Source: Macrostomum lignano
Lineage: Eukaryota
Assembly (NCBI GenBank): GCA_002269645.1
Contig: NIVC01003414.1
Coordinates: forward strand, 35,110 to 99,109
Direction: 5' to 3'
DNA: 64,000 bases
The first letter of the stretch is position 1; the number at the start of each line of letters is the position of its first letter. The notes below the pieces were generated by a model. That model saw nothing but the letters and a program-made list of their open reading frames with translations. It was not told the DNA's origin and did not search any database. The position numbers and the translations under genes were made by a program. Shown here piece after piece: positions 1 to 10,852 of the stretch.

Positions 1-361
1 CGGTTCTGGCGCCGTTGGCATCGGCGGCGAAGTGTCGGTCGCGCTGCAGCTGTCCAGCCTGCGGCACCTCATGGCCTCGCTGACGCAGAACGCCAGGTCG
101 CTGTTCGTCATGCTGGCCAGGCGGCAGCTGGAGCGGCCCGGTGAGCCCTGGCCGCTGGATGAGGTTTACACGGCCTGCCGGGACGGCATGTTGGTCACCT
201 CCGAGCTCACTCTGCAGGCTCACCTCCGCGAGTTCCGCGACCACGGCCTCGTCAGGCTGAAATTCGACGGCCGCGGCCAGGCCGGCGACTCTGCGCTGGT
301 GCCGCTGCCTGCCGACACCCTGGTGCAGTTCCTGGCTGCGTTCGGCGACGAGTGCGACTGA
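1..361 (+). CDS. ORC2: Origin recognition complex subunit 2, C-terminal winged-helix region (5' partial)
   Basis: Frame open from base 2. LSSLRHLMASLTQNARSLF...CRDGMLVTSELTLQAHLREFRDHGLVR resembles the ORC2 C-terminus (human SSLTHVLRSLTPNARGIF...[27 protein letters not shown], from memory). Stop at 359-361. Confidence 0.9.
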   Translation, partial: GSGAVGIGGEVSVALQLSSLRHLMASLTQNARSLFVMLARRQLERPGEPWPLDEVYTACRDGMLVTSELTLQAHLREFRDHGLVRLKFDGRGQAGDSALVPLPADTLVQFLAAFGDECD

Positions 362-413
362 CACTGCGGCCTGGCGCCCTGAGAGTCAGCTGGAACCTCT
401 GAAACCCTTGAGA

Positions 414-1200
414 ATCGTCCCATCCGCCCCTATGAGAATCGCCTTAATCCGCCCCCTATGAGAATCGCTCCAATCCGCCCCCTATGAGAATCGCCCCAAT
501 CCGCCCCCTATGAGAATCGCCCCAATCCGCCCCCTATGAGAATCGCCCCAATCCGCCCCCTATGAGAATCGCCCCAATCCGCCCCCATGAGAATCGCCCC
601 AATCTGCCCCCTTGAGAATCGCCCCAATCCGCCCCCATGAGAACCGCCCCAATCCGCCCCCTATGAGAATCGCCCCAATCCGCCCCATGAGAATCGCCCC
701 AATCTGCCCCCTTGAGAATCGCCCCAATCTGCCCCCTTGAGAATCGCCCCAATCCGCCCCCCATGAGAATCGCCCCAATCTGCCCCATGAGAATCGCCCC
801 AATCCGCCCCCCATGAGAATCGCTCCAATCCGCCCCCTATGAGAATCGCCCCAATCTGCCCCTTGAGAATCGCCCCAATCCACCCCCATGAGAATCGCCC
901 CAATCCGCCCCCATGAGAATCGCCCCAATCCGCCCCCCTATGATAATCGCCCAATCTGCCCCCATGTGAATCGCCCCAATCCGCCCCCTATGATAATCGC
1001 CCAATCTGCCCCCATGAGAATCGCCCCAATCCGCCCCCCTATGAGAATCGCCCCAATCCGCCCCCTATGATAATCGCCCCAATCCGCCCCTATGAGAATC
1101 GCCCCAATCCGCCCCCTATGAGAATCGCCGCAATCCGCCCCCTATGATAATCGCCCCAATCCGCCCCTATGAGAATCGCCCCAATCCGCCCCTTTCGAAT
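414..1200. repeat. Minisatellite, about 24-27-bp unit GAGAATCGCCCCAATCCGCCCCCTAT, about 30 copies
   Basis: Directly visible tandem array starting about 50 bp after the ORC2 stop. The minus strand is G-tract rich. Confidence 0.95.
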
Positions 1201-1639
1201 CGCCCCTTGAAAATTAGGAAGTCGCCTGTTTGACCCCATAGCCGCATTATATATCACTTTGTATTTAGTATTTTGCAGCTGCTACTATGAGTAGTCTGCT
1301 AACCATTCCTGCAGCTTTTTAATGCTAAAATTGTTGCTGCTCAATAATGTTCTCGAACATAGAATTTTTATTTTCCAACGTAATTTGTATTTTTTCATGT
1401 TGGTGCTATCACGTAAATAGTAATAATATTAATCTATTGTGCAATAGTTGTAAGCATTTTTATTACTAAAACGAGCCGCAGTCATTACTTTTACGCCTGA
1501 ACTTATCAAATTTTCAACATGTCATGTCGTTTTCTTTACGTGTTTACTAATTTTTTACACTTAAAGAGGCTCAGAGGCTGATCTAGGTTAGTATCTTCGG
1601 GTTCTGGACCAAAAATCCCAAAAATAATCCCATATACCA

Positions 1640-2340
1640 AAACCGCAATCTTAATCCCCAAAACCGTAATCCCAGACCCCTAAACCGTAATCCCAGATCC
1701 CAAAACCGTATTCATAAATTCCAAACCGTAATCATAGATCCCAAAACCGTAATCATAAATTCCAAACCGTAATCATAGATCCCAAAACCGTAATCATAGA
1801 TCCCAAACCGTAATCATAGATCCCAAAACCGTAATCATAGATCCCAAAACCGTAATCATAGATCCCAAACCGTAATCATAGATCCCAAACCGTAATCATA
1901 GATCCCAAAACCGTAAGCATAGATCCCAAAACCGTAATCATAGATCCCAAAACCGTAATCATAGATCCCAAACCGTAATCATAGATCCCAAAACCGTAAT
2001 CATAGATCCCAAACCGTAAGCATAGATCCCAAAACCGTAATCATAGATCCCAAAACCGTAATCATAGATCCCAAAACCGTAATCATAGATCCCAAAACCG
2101 TAATCATAGATCCCAAAACCGTAATCATAGATCCCAAAACCGTAATCATAGATCCCAAAACCGTAATCATAGATCCCAAAATCGTAATCATAGATCCCAA
2201 ATCGTAATCATAGATCCCAAAACCGTAATCATAGATCCCAAAACCGTAATCATAGATCCCAAACCGTAATCATAGATCTCAAATCGTAATCATAGATTCC
2301 AAAACCGTAATCATTGATCCCTAATCCCAAACCGTAATCC
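1640..2340. repeat. Minisatellite, 20-21-bp unit AAAACCGTAATCATAGATCCC
   Basis: Direct tandem array. It gives the ITVLGSM periodic pseudo-ORF. Confidence 0.95.
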
Positions 2341-2503
2341 CATAGTCTCTTCTGTAATCTTGAACACTGATCCCAAAACTGAGATGCCACAGGTAATCAA
2401 ATCACATCAGTAAGCAAGCTGCCATATTCTATCCAACATTTCATGCTGTCGCCCTTCGCTGCTAAAGGCTCACTCACTGTTGACTACGCAGCCAATCAGA
2501 GGC

Positions 2504-3835
2504 ATGGCCCAGTACTCCGACACGAACCTAATCGTGAACTACCTGCCGCAGGAGCTTAGAGACGACGAGCTCCATAAGCTGTTCGACTCTCTGGCTCCGG
2601 GCGTGAAGTCGGTGAAGATCTGCCGCAACAACGCCACAGGCTACAGCTACGGCTACGGCTTCTGCGACTACAACTCGCACGAGGCCGCGGCCCGGGCCAT
2701 AGACAACCTGAACGGCCACCAGCTGGGCAGGAAAACTATTAAAGTGGCCTTCGCCCGCCTGCGCAGCGAGGAGACCAGAAATTGCAAGCTGCACATCTCC
2801 TGCCTGCCGTTCGGCATCACAGAGGAGGCTCTGCAACAGGTGCTGGGAAGATTCGGTCCGATTATTAACTGCCGCTTGTTGCAGGGGCAGCAGCAGCAGC
2901 CGGCGGTGGCTCCGCGCGGTCTGCTTGGCTTCTGCTTGTTCGAAACTCACAGCTCGGCCCAGGCTGCTCTGGATGCCCTGCACAACAGGCCCTGGCCTGC
3001 TGCATCTGGCGACTCGGCTGCCAACTCGGAACAGCAGCTTGTGCAGGTGACATTGAGATGTGGGATCTGAACTTGGAATGTTTGGTCTGACACGGATGTG
3101 GGATCTGACACTGGGATGTGGTGGGATCTGACACTGGGATGTGGGATCTGACATTGGGATTCGGGATCTGAAATTGGGATGTGGGATCTGAACTTGGGAT
3201 GTGGGATCTGAAATTGGGATTTAGGATCTGAAATTGGGATTTAGGATCTGAAATTGGGATTTGGGATCTGAAATTGGGATGTGGGATCTGAAATTGGGAT
3301 TTGGGATCTGAAATTGGGATGTGGGATCGGAAATTGGGATTTGGGATCTGAAATTGGGATTTGGGATCTGAAATTATGATTTGGGATCTGACATTGGGAT
3401 ATGGGATTTTACATTGGGATGTGGGATCTGAATGAAATATGGGATATTTGAAATGGGTGTGGAATCTGGCATAGGCATTTAAAAGGATCAACGATTAGAA
3501 CGTGAGATCTGAAATTTAACATGTACATATATATTATACTGTATATATGCTTTCGGCGTTCTCCCGTTGCCGCGCAGATCCGCTTCGCCGACGAGAACGA
3601 AAAAAAGGTCCGGCCTCCGTTTAGCGGCAGCCGGGGTGGCCGCAATTTCTACTTGCCTCGCCAGCCGCATCAGCAGCAGCAGCAGCAGCAGCACAACCAG
3701 CAGCAGTTCCACCGGCCCCATGCAAGGCCGCGCGGGGGCGGCGGCCCCGGTGGCTACGTGAACCAGCAGCAGCTCCAGCAGCAGTCTTACCCGGCTTGGT
3801 ACACAGCTAGCGGAAATGGCAATTATTGCTCGTAA
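2504..3835 (+). CDS. Sex-lethal/ELAV-family RNA-binding protein with two RRMs and a Q/G/N/Y-rich C-terminus; exons 2504-3046 and 3578-3835
   Basis: TNLIVNYLPQ and TGYSYGYGFCDY (RNP1) in RRM1, second RRM follows. Donor GT at 3047 and acceptor AG at 3576-3577 join in phase 0 to give QQLVQ|IRFADENEKK, like the Sxl RRM2 end PLSVRLAEE. Additional 5' exons cannot be excluded. Confidence 0.85.
3058..3470. repeat. Intronic minisatellite, 20-bp unit TGGGATCTGAAATTGGGATT
   Basis: Tandem array filling most of the 531-bp intron of the Sxl-like gene. Confidence 0.92.
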
Positions 3836-3946
3836 GATGTTCTCGCTCGCATCCTAATTCTAATCACTCTTCGACTGTTTGCTTTGCTTGCATTACATTG
3901 TTTTTCTTGAAATGCGCAAGTCAACTGTTTTTTTGTTATTCACTGC

Positions 3947-5130
3947 ATGGATTGCTAATCTATCCCTGCAGTTAGAGAATAGAATGGATTGCTAATCTAT
4001 CCCTGCAGTTAGAGAATAGAATGGATTGCTAATCTATCCCTGGCAGGTATTGAATAGAATGGATTGCTAATCTATCCCTGTGGGCATGGAAAAGAATGGA
4101 TTGCTAATCTATCCCTGCAGGTATGGAAAAGAATGGATTGCTAATCTATTTCTGCAGGTATTGAAAAGAATGGATTGCTAATCTATCCCTGTGGGCATGG
4201 AAAAGAATGGATTGCTAATCTATCCCTGCAGGTATTGAATAGAATGGATTGCTAATCTATCCATGCAGGTATTGAATAGAATGGATTGCTAATCTATCCC
4301 TGCAGGTATTGAATAGAATGGATTGCTAATCTATCCCCGCAGGTATTGAATAGAATGGATTGCTAATCTATCCCTGCGGGTATTGAAAAGAATGGATTGC
4401 TAATCTATCCCTGCAGTTAGGGAATAGAATGGATTGCTAATCTATCCCTGCAGTTAGGGAATAGAATGGATTGCTAATCTATCGCTGCAGTTAGGGAAAA
4501 GAATGGATTGTTAATCTATCCCTGCAGGTATTGAATAGAATGGATTGCTAATCTATCCCTGCAGGTATTGAAAAGAATGGATTGCTAATCCATCCCTGCA
4601 GTTAGGGAAAAGAATGGATTGCTAATCTATCCCTGCAGGTATTGAATAGAATGGATTGCTAATCTATCCCTGCAGGTATTGAATAGAATGTATTGCTAAT
4701 CTATCCCTGCAGGTATTGAAAAGAATGGATTGCTAATCCATCCCTGCAGTTAGGGAAAAGAATGGATTGCTAATCTATCCCTGCAGTTAGGGAAAAGAAT
4801 GGATTGCTAATCTATCCCTGCAGGTATTGAAAAGAATGGATTGCTAATCTATCCCTGCAGGTATTGAATAGAATGGATTGCTAATCTATCCCTGCAGGTA
4901 TTGAATAGAATGGATTGCTAATCTATCCCTGCAGGTATTGAATAGAATGGATTGCTAATCTATCCCTGCAGGTATTGAATAGAATGGATTGCTAATCTAT
5001 CCCTGCAGGTATTGAATAGAATGGATTGCTAATCTATCCCTGCAGGTATTGAAAAGACCCCCATACTGGATTGCCAATCTATCTTTGCAGGTTAATAAGA
5101 ATGGATTGCTAATCTATCTCTGCAGGGGTG
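3947..5130. repeat. Minisatellite, 37-bp unit ATGGATTGCTAATCTATCCCTGCAGGTATTGAATAGA, about 31 copies
   Basis: Head-to-tail copies with no spacers. Each unit has a small internal inverted repeat GATT-GCT-AATC. Confidence 0.95.
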
Positions 5131-5744
5131 GTTTTAAAAGTGCTTCGTAAATCCTGCAGTTTCTGACAATAAAGTGCAGACTGCGCAGCAAGTCCTCATT
5201 AACTCGTATTTCTGTTATTTAACGCTGGCAAGGCCAGTTCCAATGTCTTAATTGTTATGTAAATAAACTATTTAGTTTACGATTCATTGAACCTTCGAGC
5301 AATAAAGACCGCCGTTTCAATTTAACTGATTGCATCATTTTTGACAGGTTTATTGCAAAGCAATACTTCAATGGAACTGTTATTCTCTTTACACTTCTAT
5401 TCTAAATCTTGTTTTGCTTTTCCTCCGTTCCTTTTTTGTTATCTTGAGTTGATATGAACTTTTATCTTTGTTTTCTTTACCACCTATTCTAATGCTGCTG
5501 CTTGACATTGAAATGCTTATTGTTGTAATAATCACGCTAATTGTCTCATAGCTGCTTGAATATACGAGTCCTGTGTAGCCTTGTCCATTGCAGTTGTTAT
5601 TATTGTATAACTTAGTAACGGACTTCTTGAGCCTGATATTGTTGTTTATTGAACGCCTGCCAAGAGTCCGGCTGGTTTCTTGAGCACGCCTTTACTTTTT
5701 TCGGATTGGTTGCTCAATTGTTGCAGGTACAGTCTAGCCCAGAT

Positions 5745-6445
5745 ACCACTTGGCACTCCAGATTCTAAATTGCCTTGGCACTCCAGATTCTAAATTCCCT
5801 TGGCACTCCAGATGCTGAATTGCCTTGGCACCCCAGATTCTAAATAGCCTTGGCACTCCATGTGCTGAATTCCCTTGGCACTCCAGTTGCTGAATTCCCT
5901 TGGCACTCCAGTTGCTGAATTCCCTTGGCACTCCAGATTCTAAATTCCCTTGGCACTCCAGATGCTGAATTGCCTTGGCACCCCAGATTCTAAATAGCCT
6001 TGGCACTCCATGTGCTGAATTCCCTTGGCACTCCAGTTGCTGAATTCCCTTGGCACTCCAGTTGCTAAATTCCCTTGGCACTCCAGTTGCTGAATTGCCT
6101 TGGCACTCCAGTTGCTGAATTCCCTTGGCACTCCATGTGCTGAATTCCCTTGGCACTCCAGTTGCTGAATTGCCTTGGCACTCCAGGTGCTGAATAACCT
6201 TGGCACTCTAGGTGCTGAATCCCTTGGCACTCCAGGTGCTGAATCCCTTGGCACTCCAGGTGCTGAATCCCTTGGCACTCTAGGTGCTGAATTGCCTTGG
6301 TACTCCAAGTGGTGCTGAATTCCCAGATTCTAAATTGCCTTGGCACTCCAGGTGCTGAATTGTCTTGGTACTCCAAGTGGTGCTGAATTCCCAGATTCTA
6401 AATTGCCTTGGCACTCCAGATGCTGAATTGATCCCTTGGCACTCC
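5745..6445. repeat. Minisatellite, 24-25-bp unit CCTTGGCACTCCAGTTGCTGAATTC with a 150-bp higher-order duplication
   Basis: Direct tandem array. The 50-aa period in the pseudo-ORF shows a 6-monomer block repeated. Confidence 0.92.
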
Positions 6446-6924
6446 AGGTTCTGAGTAGCCTTGACAGTTGTTAGGGCAGTGTACATGTACTGAAAATCAG
6501 CAAAGATAGTTTGCAAGCTACTATTGAATTAAATAAAATATTTTCCCGTTTAATGCAGGTATCTGGGATACAGATTTCAAATATATTATATTTAATGGGT
6601 GACAAGCTGATTTAACTTGTACCTGGAATGAAAAGCTAGGAAATGAAATGTTCTAGATAATACTTGATCAAAGCCTTCGGCTCCATCACAGGGTCGTCAT
6701 TTTAAATGATGGGTGAATACTAAATATCATTAGATAAAAACACTTTACAGGTCAAAAATCAAATCGTTTTGATATCTGCATTTATGGAGCACGGTAGCAA
6801 CTGCACAAATTATTACAAATATTTTTTAACTAAAAATTAGCACTGGAATAAAATTGAAATTTTGGCTTCCGCACATCGAATTAATGGATAATCAATTCTC
6901 GGGCTCGTCAAAATTGTCATTATC

Positions 6925-7770
6925 TGTGTGATATGGACGATTATATCTGTGTGTTATGAACGATTCTCAGTGTGTTATGGCCTATGGGCGATTATCTGTG
7001 TGTTATGGGCGATTATATCTGTGTGTTATGAACGATTCTCAGTGTGTTATGGCCTATGGGCGATTATCTGTGTGTTATGGGCGATTATATCTGTGTGTTA
7101 TGAACGATTCTCAGTGTGTTATGGCCTATGGGCGATTATCTGTGTGTTATGGGCGTTTATATCTGTGTGTTATGAACGATTCTGTGTGTTATGGCCTATG
7201 GGCGATTATCTGTGTGTTATGGGCGATTATATCTGTGTGTTATGAACGATTCTCAGTGTGTTATGGCCTATGGGCGATTATCTGTGTGTTATGGGCGATT
7301 ATATCTGTGTGTTATGAACGATTCTCAGTGTGTTATGGCCTATGGGCGATTATCTGTGTGTTATGGGCGATTATATCTGTGTGTTATGAACGATTCTCAG
7401 TGTGTTATGGCCTATGGGCGATTATCTGTGTGTTATGGGCGATTATATCTGTGTGTTATGAACGATTCTCAGTGTGTTATGGCCTATGGGCGATTATCTG
7501 TGTGTTATGGGCGATTATATCTGTGTGTTATGAACGATTCTGTGTGTTATGGCCTATGGGCGATTATCTGTGTGTTATGGGCGATTCTCAGTGTGTTATG
7601 GCCTATGAGCGATTCTCAGTGTGCTATGAACTATTCTCAGTGTGTTATGGCCTATGGGCGATTATCTGTGTGTTATGGGCGATTCTCAGTGTGTTATGGC
7701 CTATGAGCGATTCTCAGTGTGTTATGAACTATTCTCAGTGTGTTATGGGCGATTCTCAGTGCGTTATAGG
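6925..7770. repeat. Composite minisatellite, 72-bp higher-order unit built from three TGTGTTATG-initiated subunits
   Basis: The 24-aa periodicity of the pseudo-ORFs (VCYERFSVCYGLWAIICVLWAIIS) corresponds to 72 bp. Confidence 0.92.
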
Positions 7771-8243
7771 CACAAGTACTAGAATAACTAGATGGGTCAC
7801 TCAGCACATATGCGTGTAAGCTAATTTCAGTTCAGTAGTAAGCTAAACTGTTTTAGCAACAGAAGCTAAAACAGAAGCATTTTTAAAGCCAAGGCTCATT
7901 TATTGGATCTAACCGCCCCCTCCCCAGCTTAAAACACCCTCCAAACGCGCCTTTCCACACTACACCCGCCCCGCCCCAATTTTTATCACCTTTCTCGGAA
8001 TTCCAGCCTAAAGCTGCCATGTACATTTCAGTGGACTGGCTAAATGTACATTATGGCTGGACCAATTAGCAAGTTGTTTACGCCTGTAAGCTTTGGGCTT
8101 CTAAACTTATCAACGTCATTTCAGCTGCCTTTATTTTTATAAAATAGCTTATGTATTCTTCTTTGCTACTGCACTGAAAGTAGAAAGCTGTTTTACTAAG
8201 TATATATGCCCGAGTTGCCCATCTAGTTATTTTAGTATCTGTG
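7771..8243. mobile_element. Small non-autonomous element with CACA termini (possible CMC-type MITE) inserted at the end of the 72-bp array
   Basis: Imperfect 40-bp inverted ends CACAAGTACTAGAATAACTAGATGGG / CACAGATACTAAAATAACTAGATGGG (reverse complement). Array-like sequence resumes after 8243. The flanking dinucleotides GG and GT are only an imperfect TSD. Confidence 0.5.
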
Positions 8244-8412
8244 GTATGGGCGATTATCGGTATCTTAAAGACGATTTTTGGGGTTATGGGCAATTCTCAG
8301 TGGTTAAGGAGCAGTACGCTCGAAATTATGATTTTAATACCGCAGTGCCGCTTTGTCGAGTTCAAGGAAAAACTGATCAGGCCCGATTCAACTCTGAACT
8401 CCCAGTGGGAGA

Positions 8413-9999
8413 TCACTTGACCCGGATGCTCGGCTGCTGGTCACCGCCAGCGACAAGACGGCCGTCCACTGTTTTCTTGGTCACCCGGCCGTCCACAGTC
8501 TCAGTGACCGTCTCCACCCCGTTCTCCACCACCTTGTGCACCACCACCCGCCTGCCATCGCGCGTGTTTGTGAAGGTCTGCGTCACCCGGGTGGAGTGCA
8601 GCGGCGCGAACCGCTGACTGCCGCCTCGGCCGCTGCTGGCTGCGTTCCTAGACGACCGGCCGGCGCCGGCCGTATTGGACGACGAGGCAAAGCCGGCGCC
8701 GGTGTGCTGGTTGAAGTTGGCGAAGTTAAAGAAGTTGCTGCCGGGCCCTCCGATGTTGTTGCTGGCGCGGTGCCGGTCGCCGATGTCGCGCATCGACTCC
8801 TCTAGCGTCTGATGGGTTGGTTGGAAATTTAACCGACAATGCCAATTAAAAAATATGAAGAATATCTGCAACACTCTACTTATATAGAGTTTCTAAGTAG
8901 AAAAATGAGGATTTGTGCAGTATTTTTACGACTAACCCGATATCACGTATCACATTGTTGCTGTTCTTACCTTGAACGGGTCCGGGTTGAAAATGCGCGA
9001 GAACGGGTCGCTCGGCCCAAAAAAGTCGCGAAATACGTCGCGTGGATCGCGGAAATGATACTGATGCTGGTCGTACCAATCTCTGTCGTGGCGCGGCTGA
9101 TAGCTGCGTTGCTGGCGCTGCTGCTGGCGCTGCTGCTGCTGCTGTTGCTGACGGCGGAAGAAATCGTCTGCCTTGGTTTCACCCTCTTCAGCCGCCGCCG
9201 CCTCAGCGAGGCCTTCCTTGCCGTAGAAATCGTAGATTCGCCGCTTCTCCGGGTCGGACAGAACCTGGCAGATGTTTGGTCGGATTATTTCTTATTTCTT
9301 AAAAAATAACTCGAATGCTGGTAGAGTCGCTCGCTTGGCGAGAAGAATAAATAGAAAGCTTAATATCAACATTTGAATACGATTGCAATTTCTAACAACT
9401 TCAACGCGTTTCGCACGCCATGGTGCATCGCCAGGATTTTATTAGAACGATTTGAGAAATTGAGATTGAAAGCGATTGATTAAATATTGGTTTTTGCAAC
9501 GTACACAGGTAAGGAGGGTAAGATTGAAAACAATTGATTACTCAAATCGTTCTAATAAAATCCTGACGATGCACCATGGCGTGCGAAACGCGTTGAAGTT
9601 GTTAGAAATTGCAATCATATTCAAATGTTGATATTAAGCTTTCTATTTAAAAAATAACTGTAGTGTGCTAATTTTTCTACTGACAATAGTAGAGTCAACA
9701 AACTATTATTAGTAATATAACGTATTCTGATAAAAATTCTATCGTGTGCTAATTTTTCTACTGAGAGCAGTAGAGTCAAGCGATGATTAATACCAAAACA
9801 TGCATATATCAACGTGAATTTTCAATACCTCGTAGGCCTCGCTGATGAGTTTGAACCGGCGTTCAGCCTCATCAGGATTTGTCTGATTCTTGTCTGGGTG
9901 CCAGCGAAGTGCCATTTGCCTGTAGGCTTTGCGCACCTCAGCCTCAGAAGCGTCTGGGTTGATCTCAAGGATGGCATAGTAATTGTCTTCAGATGCCAT
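8413..9999 (-). CDS. DNAJB6: DnaJ subfamily B member 6-like co-chaperone; exons 9999-9829, 9264-8971, 8808-8413
   Basis: J-domain with HPD (ALRWHPDKN), EAYE|[25 protein letters not shown] motif, G/F-S region and C-terminal [13 protein letters not shown]. All three exons join in phase 0 at GT-AG sites. Paralog assignment (B6/B2/B8) is uncertain. Confidence 0.88.
9348..9649. mobile_element. Intronic hairpin/MITE: 109-bp inverted arms around an 84-bp spacer
   Basis: 9348-9456 is the reverse complement of 9541-9649 with about 2 mismatches. TA lies at both outer edges. Confidence 0.8.
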
Positions 10000-10449
10000 G
10001 ACTGTTGGCTGAAATAATTGTATTATTTTCAATAGAATCTGTCAGGCCCAATAATGGCTTTGTCTGCTTATAGATGACACATTTTTATACAAAAATAAAA
10101 TCTAAGCATAATGATATAACTCCATAGCTAATTGCAGTTTTAATTTAGAGAACTGATATAGGCCTATTATTCATATTTAAAGAGTATAATTATTTGATAA
10201 TACATTTGACTCTACCATAGCAGCAGGTATGGCTATAGAAAATTGCAAGAAGATATACAGTTCCTGTGTCTAATTGGGATTGGCCACTAAAAGACTATTA
10301 GAGCCTTTGATTTTATGGCTGAAGGGTAAAGCAATACAACAACAACAACAACAATAGAATACGCAGGTTAGCGTCACAGGGCGCGCTCCTGTCCCCGCCG
10401 GTAGGGTGCCTGCAGCGTCAGCAGCAGCACCTCCTGCACCGGCTCTGGG

Positions 10450-10840
10450 GGTGGCACGAGACCAGCATCCACGTCGCGCTCCTGGACACCCCGCCAATGT
10501 GGCAGGAGCTCCGTCCGTCCCTGCCATCGACGGGGTGACGAATTGGTCTCACCTCCGGGTATGCAGCCTGGAGCTGTCCCTCACCATTAGGTTGGCGGTG
10601 GGCGGCGCTTTTTACAGCGTAAGTCGGTCTGCGGAGGAGCCCTGCGCACCGGGACTCGGGTTCCCTTGCTTTCTGGCCACCCGCCGCAGGCCGCAAATTG
10701 GATTTTACCATCTACTGTCCGCCCACGCGGAGTCAGCGCCCCGACTGCATGGTGCTAGGCACCCGGTCCTATTAGCTACATCGTCTAGCTACAATGTCCG
10801 TGACCCGAAGATGAAGAAGAACGAAGAAGAATGAAGAAGA
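10450..10840 (+). mobile_element. 391-bp retroposed insert (3' end of another LINE or a SINE) nested antisense in the RTE element
   Basis: 12-bp TSD ACCGGCTCTGGG at 10438-10449 and 10841-10852. GAAGAA-rich 3' tail at 10808-10840. Removing it restores the host CPEP-VQEVLLLT reading. Confidence 0.85.
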
Positions 10841-10852
10841 ACCGGCTCTGGG

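Noticed and set aside
2528-3154. Antisense ORFs over GC-rich exons (also 8246-8805, 10831-11347, 38465-39136, 53777-54107)
   Set aside because: Shadow frames of real genes or the RT, expected in GC-rich coding DNA.
3947-5130. CRISPR-like array (37-bp partly palindromic repeat)
   Set aside because: Units are head-to-tail with no unique spacers, there are no cas genes, and the context is eukaryotic.
5745-6445. Similarity of CCTTGGCAC(C/T)C to the Illumina small-RNA adapter (also GGTGCCAAGGAACT near 28467)
   Set aside because: Matches are only 11-14 nt, embedded in a diverged genomic array or unique sequence. Chance is sufficient.
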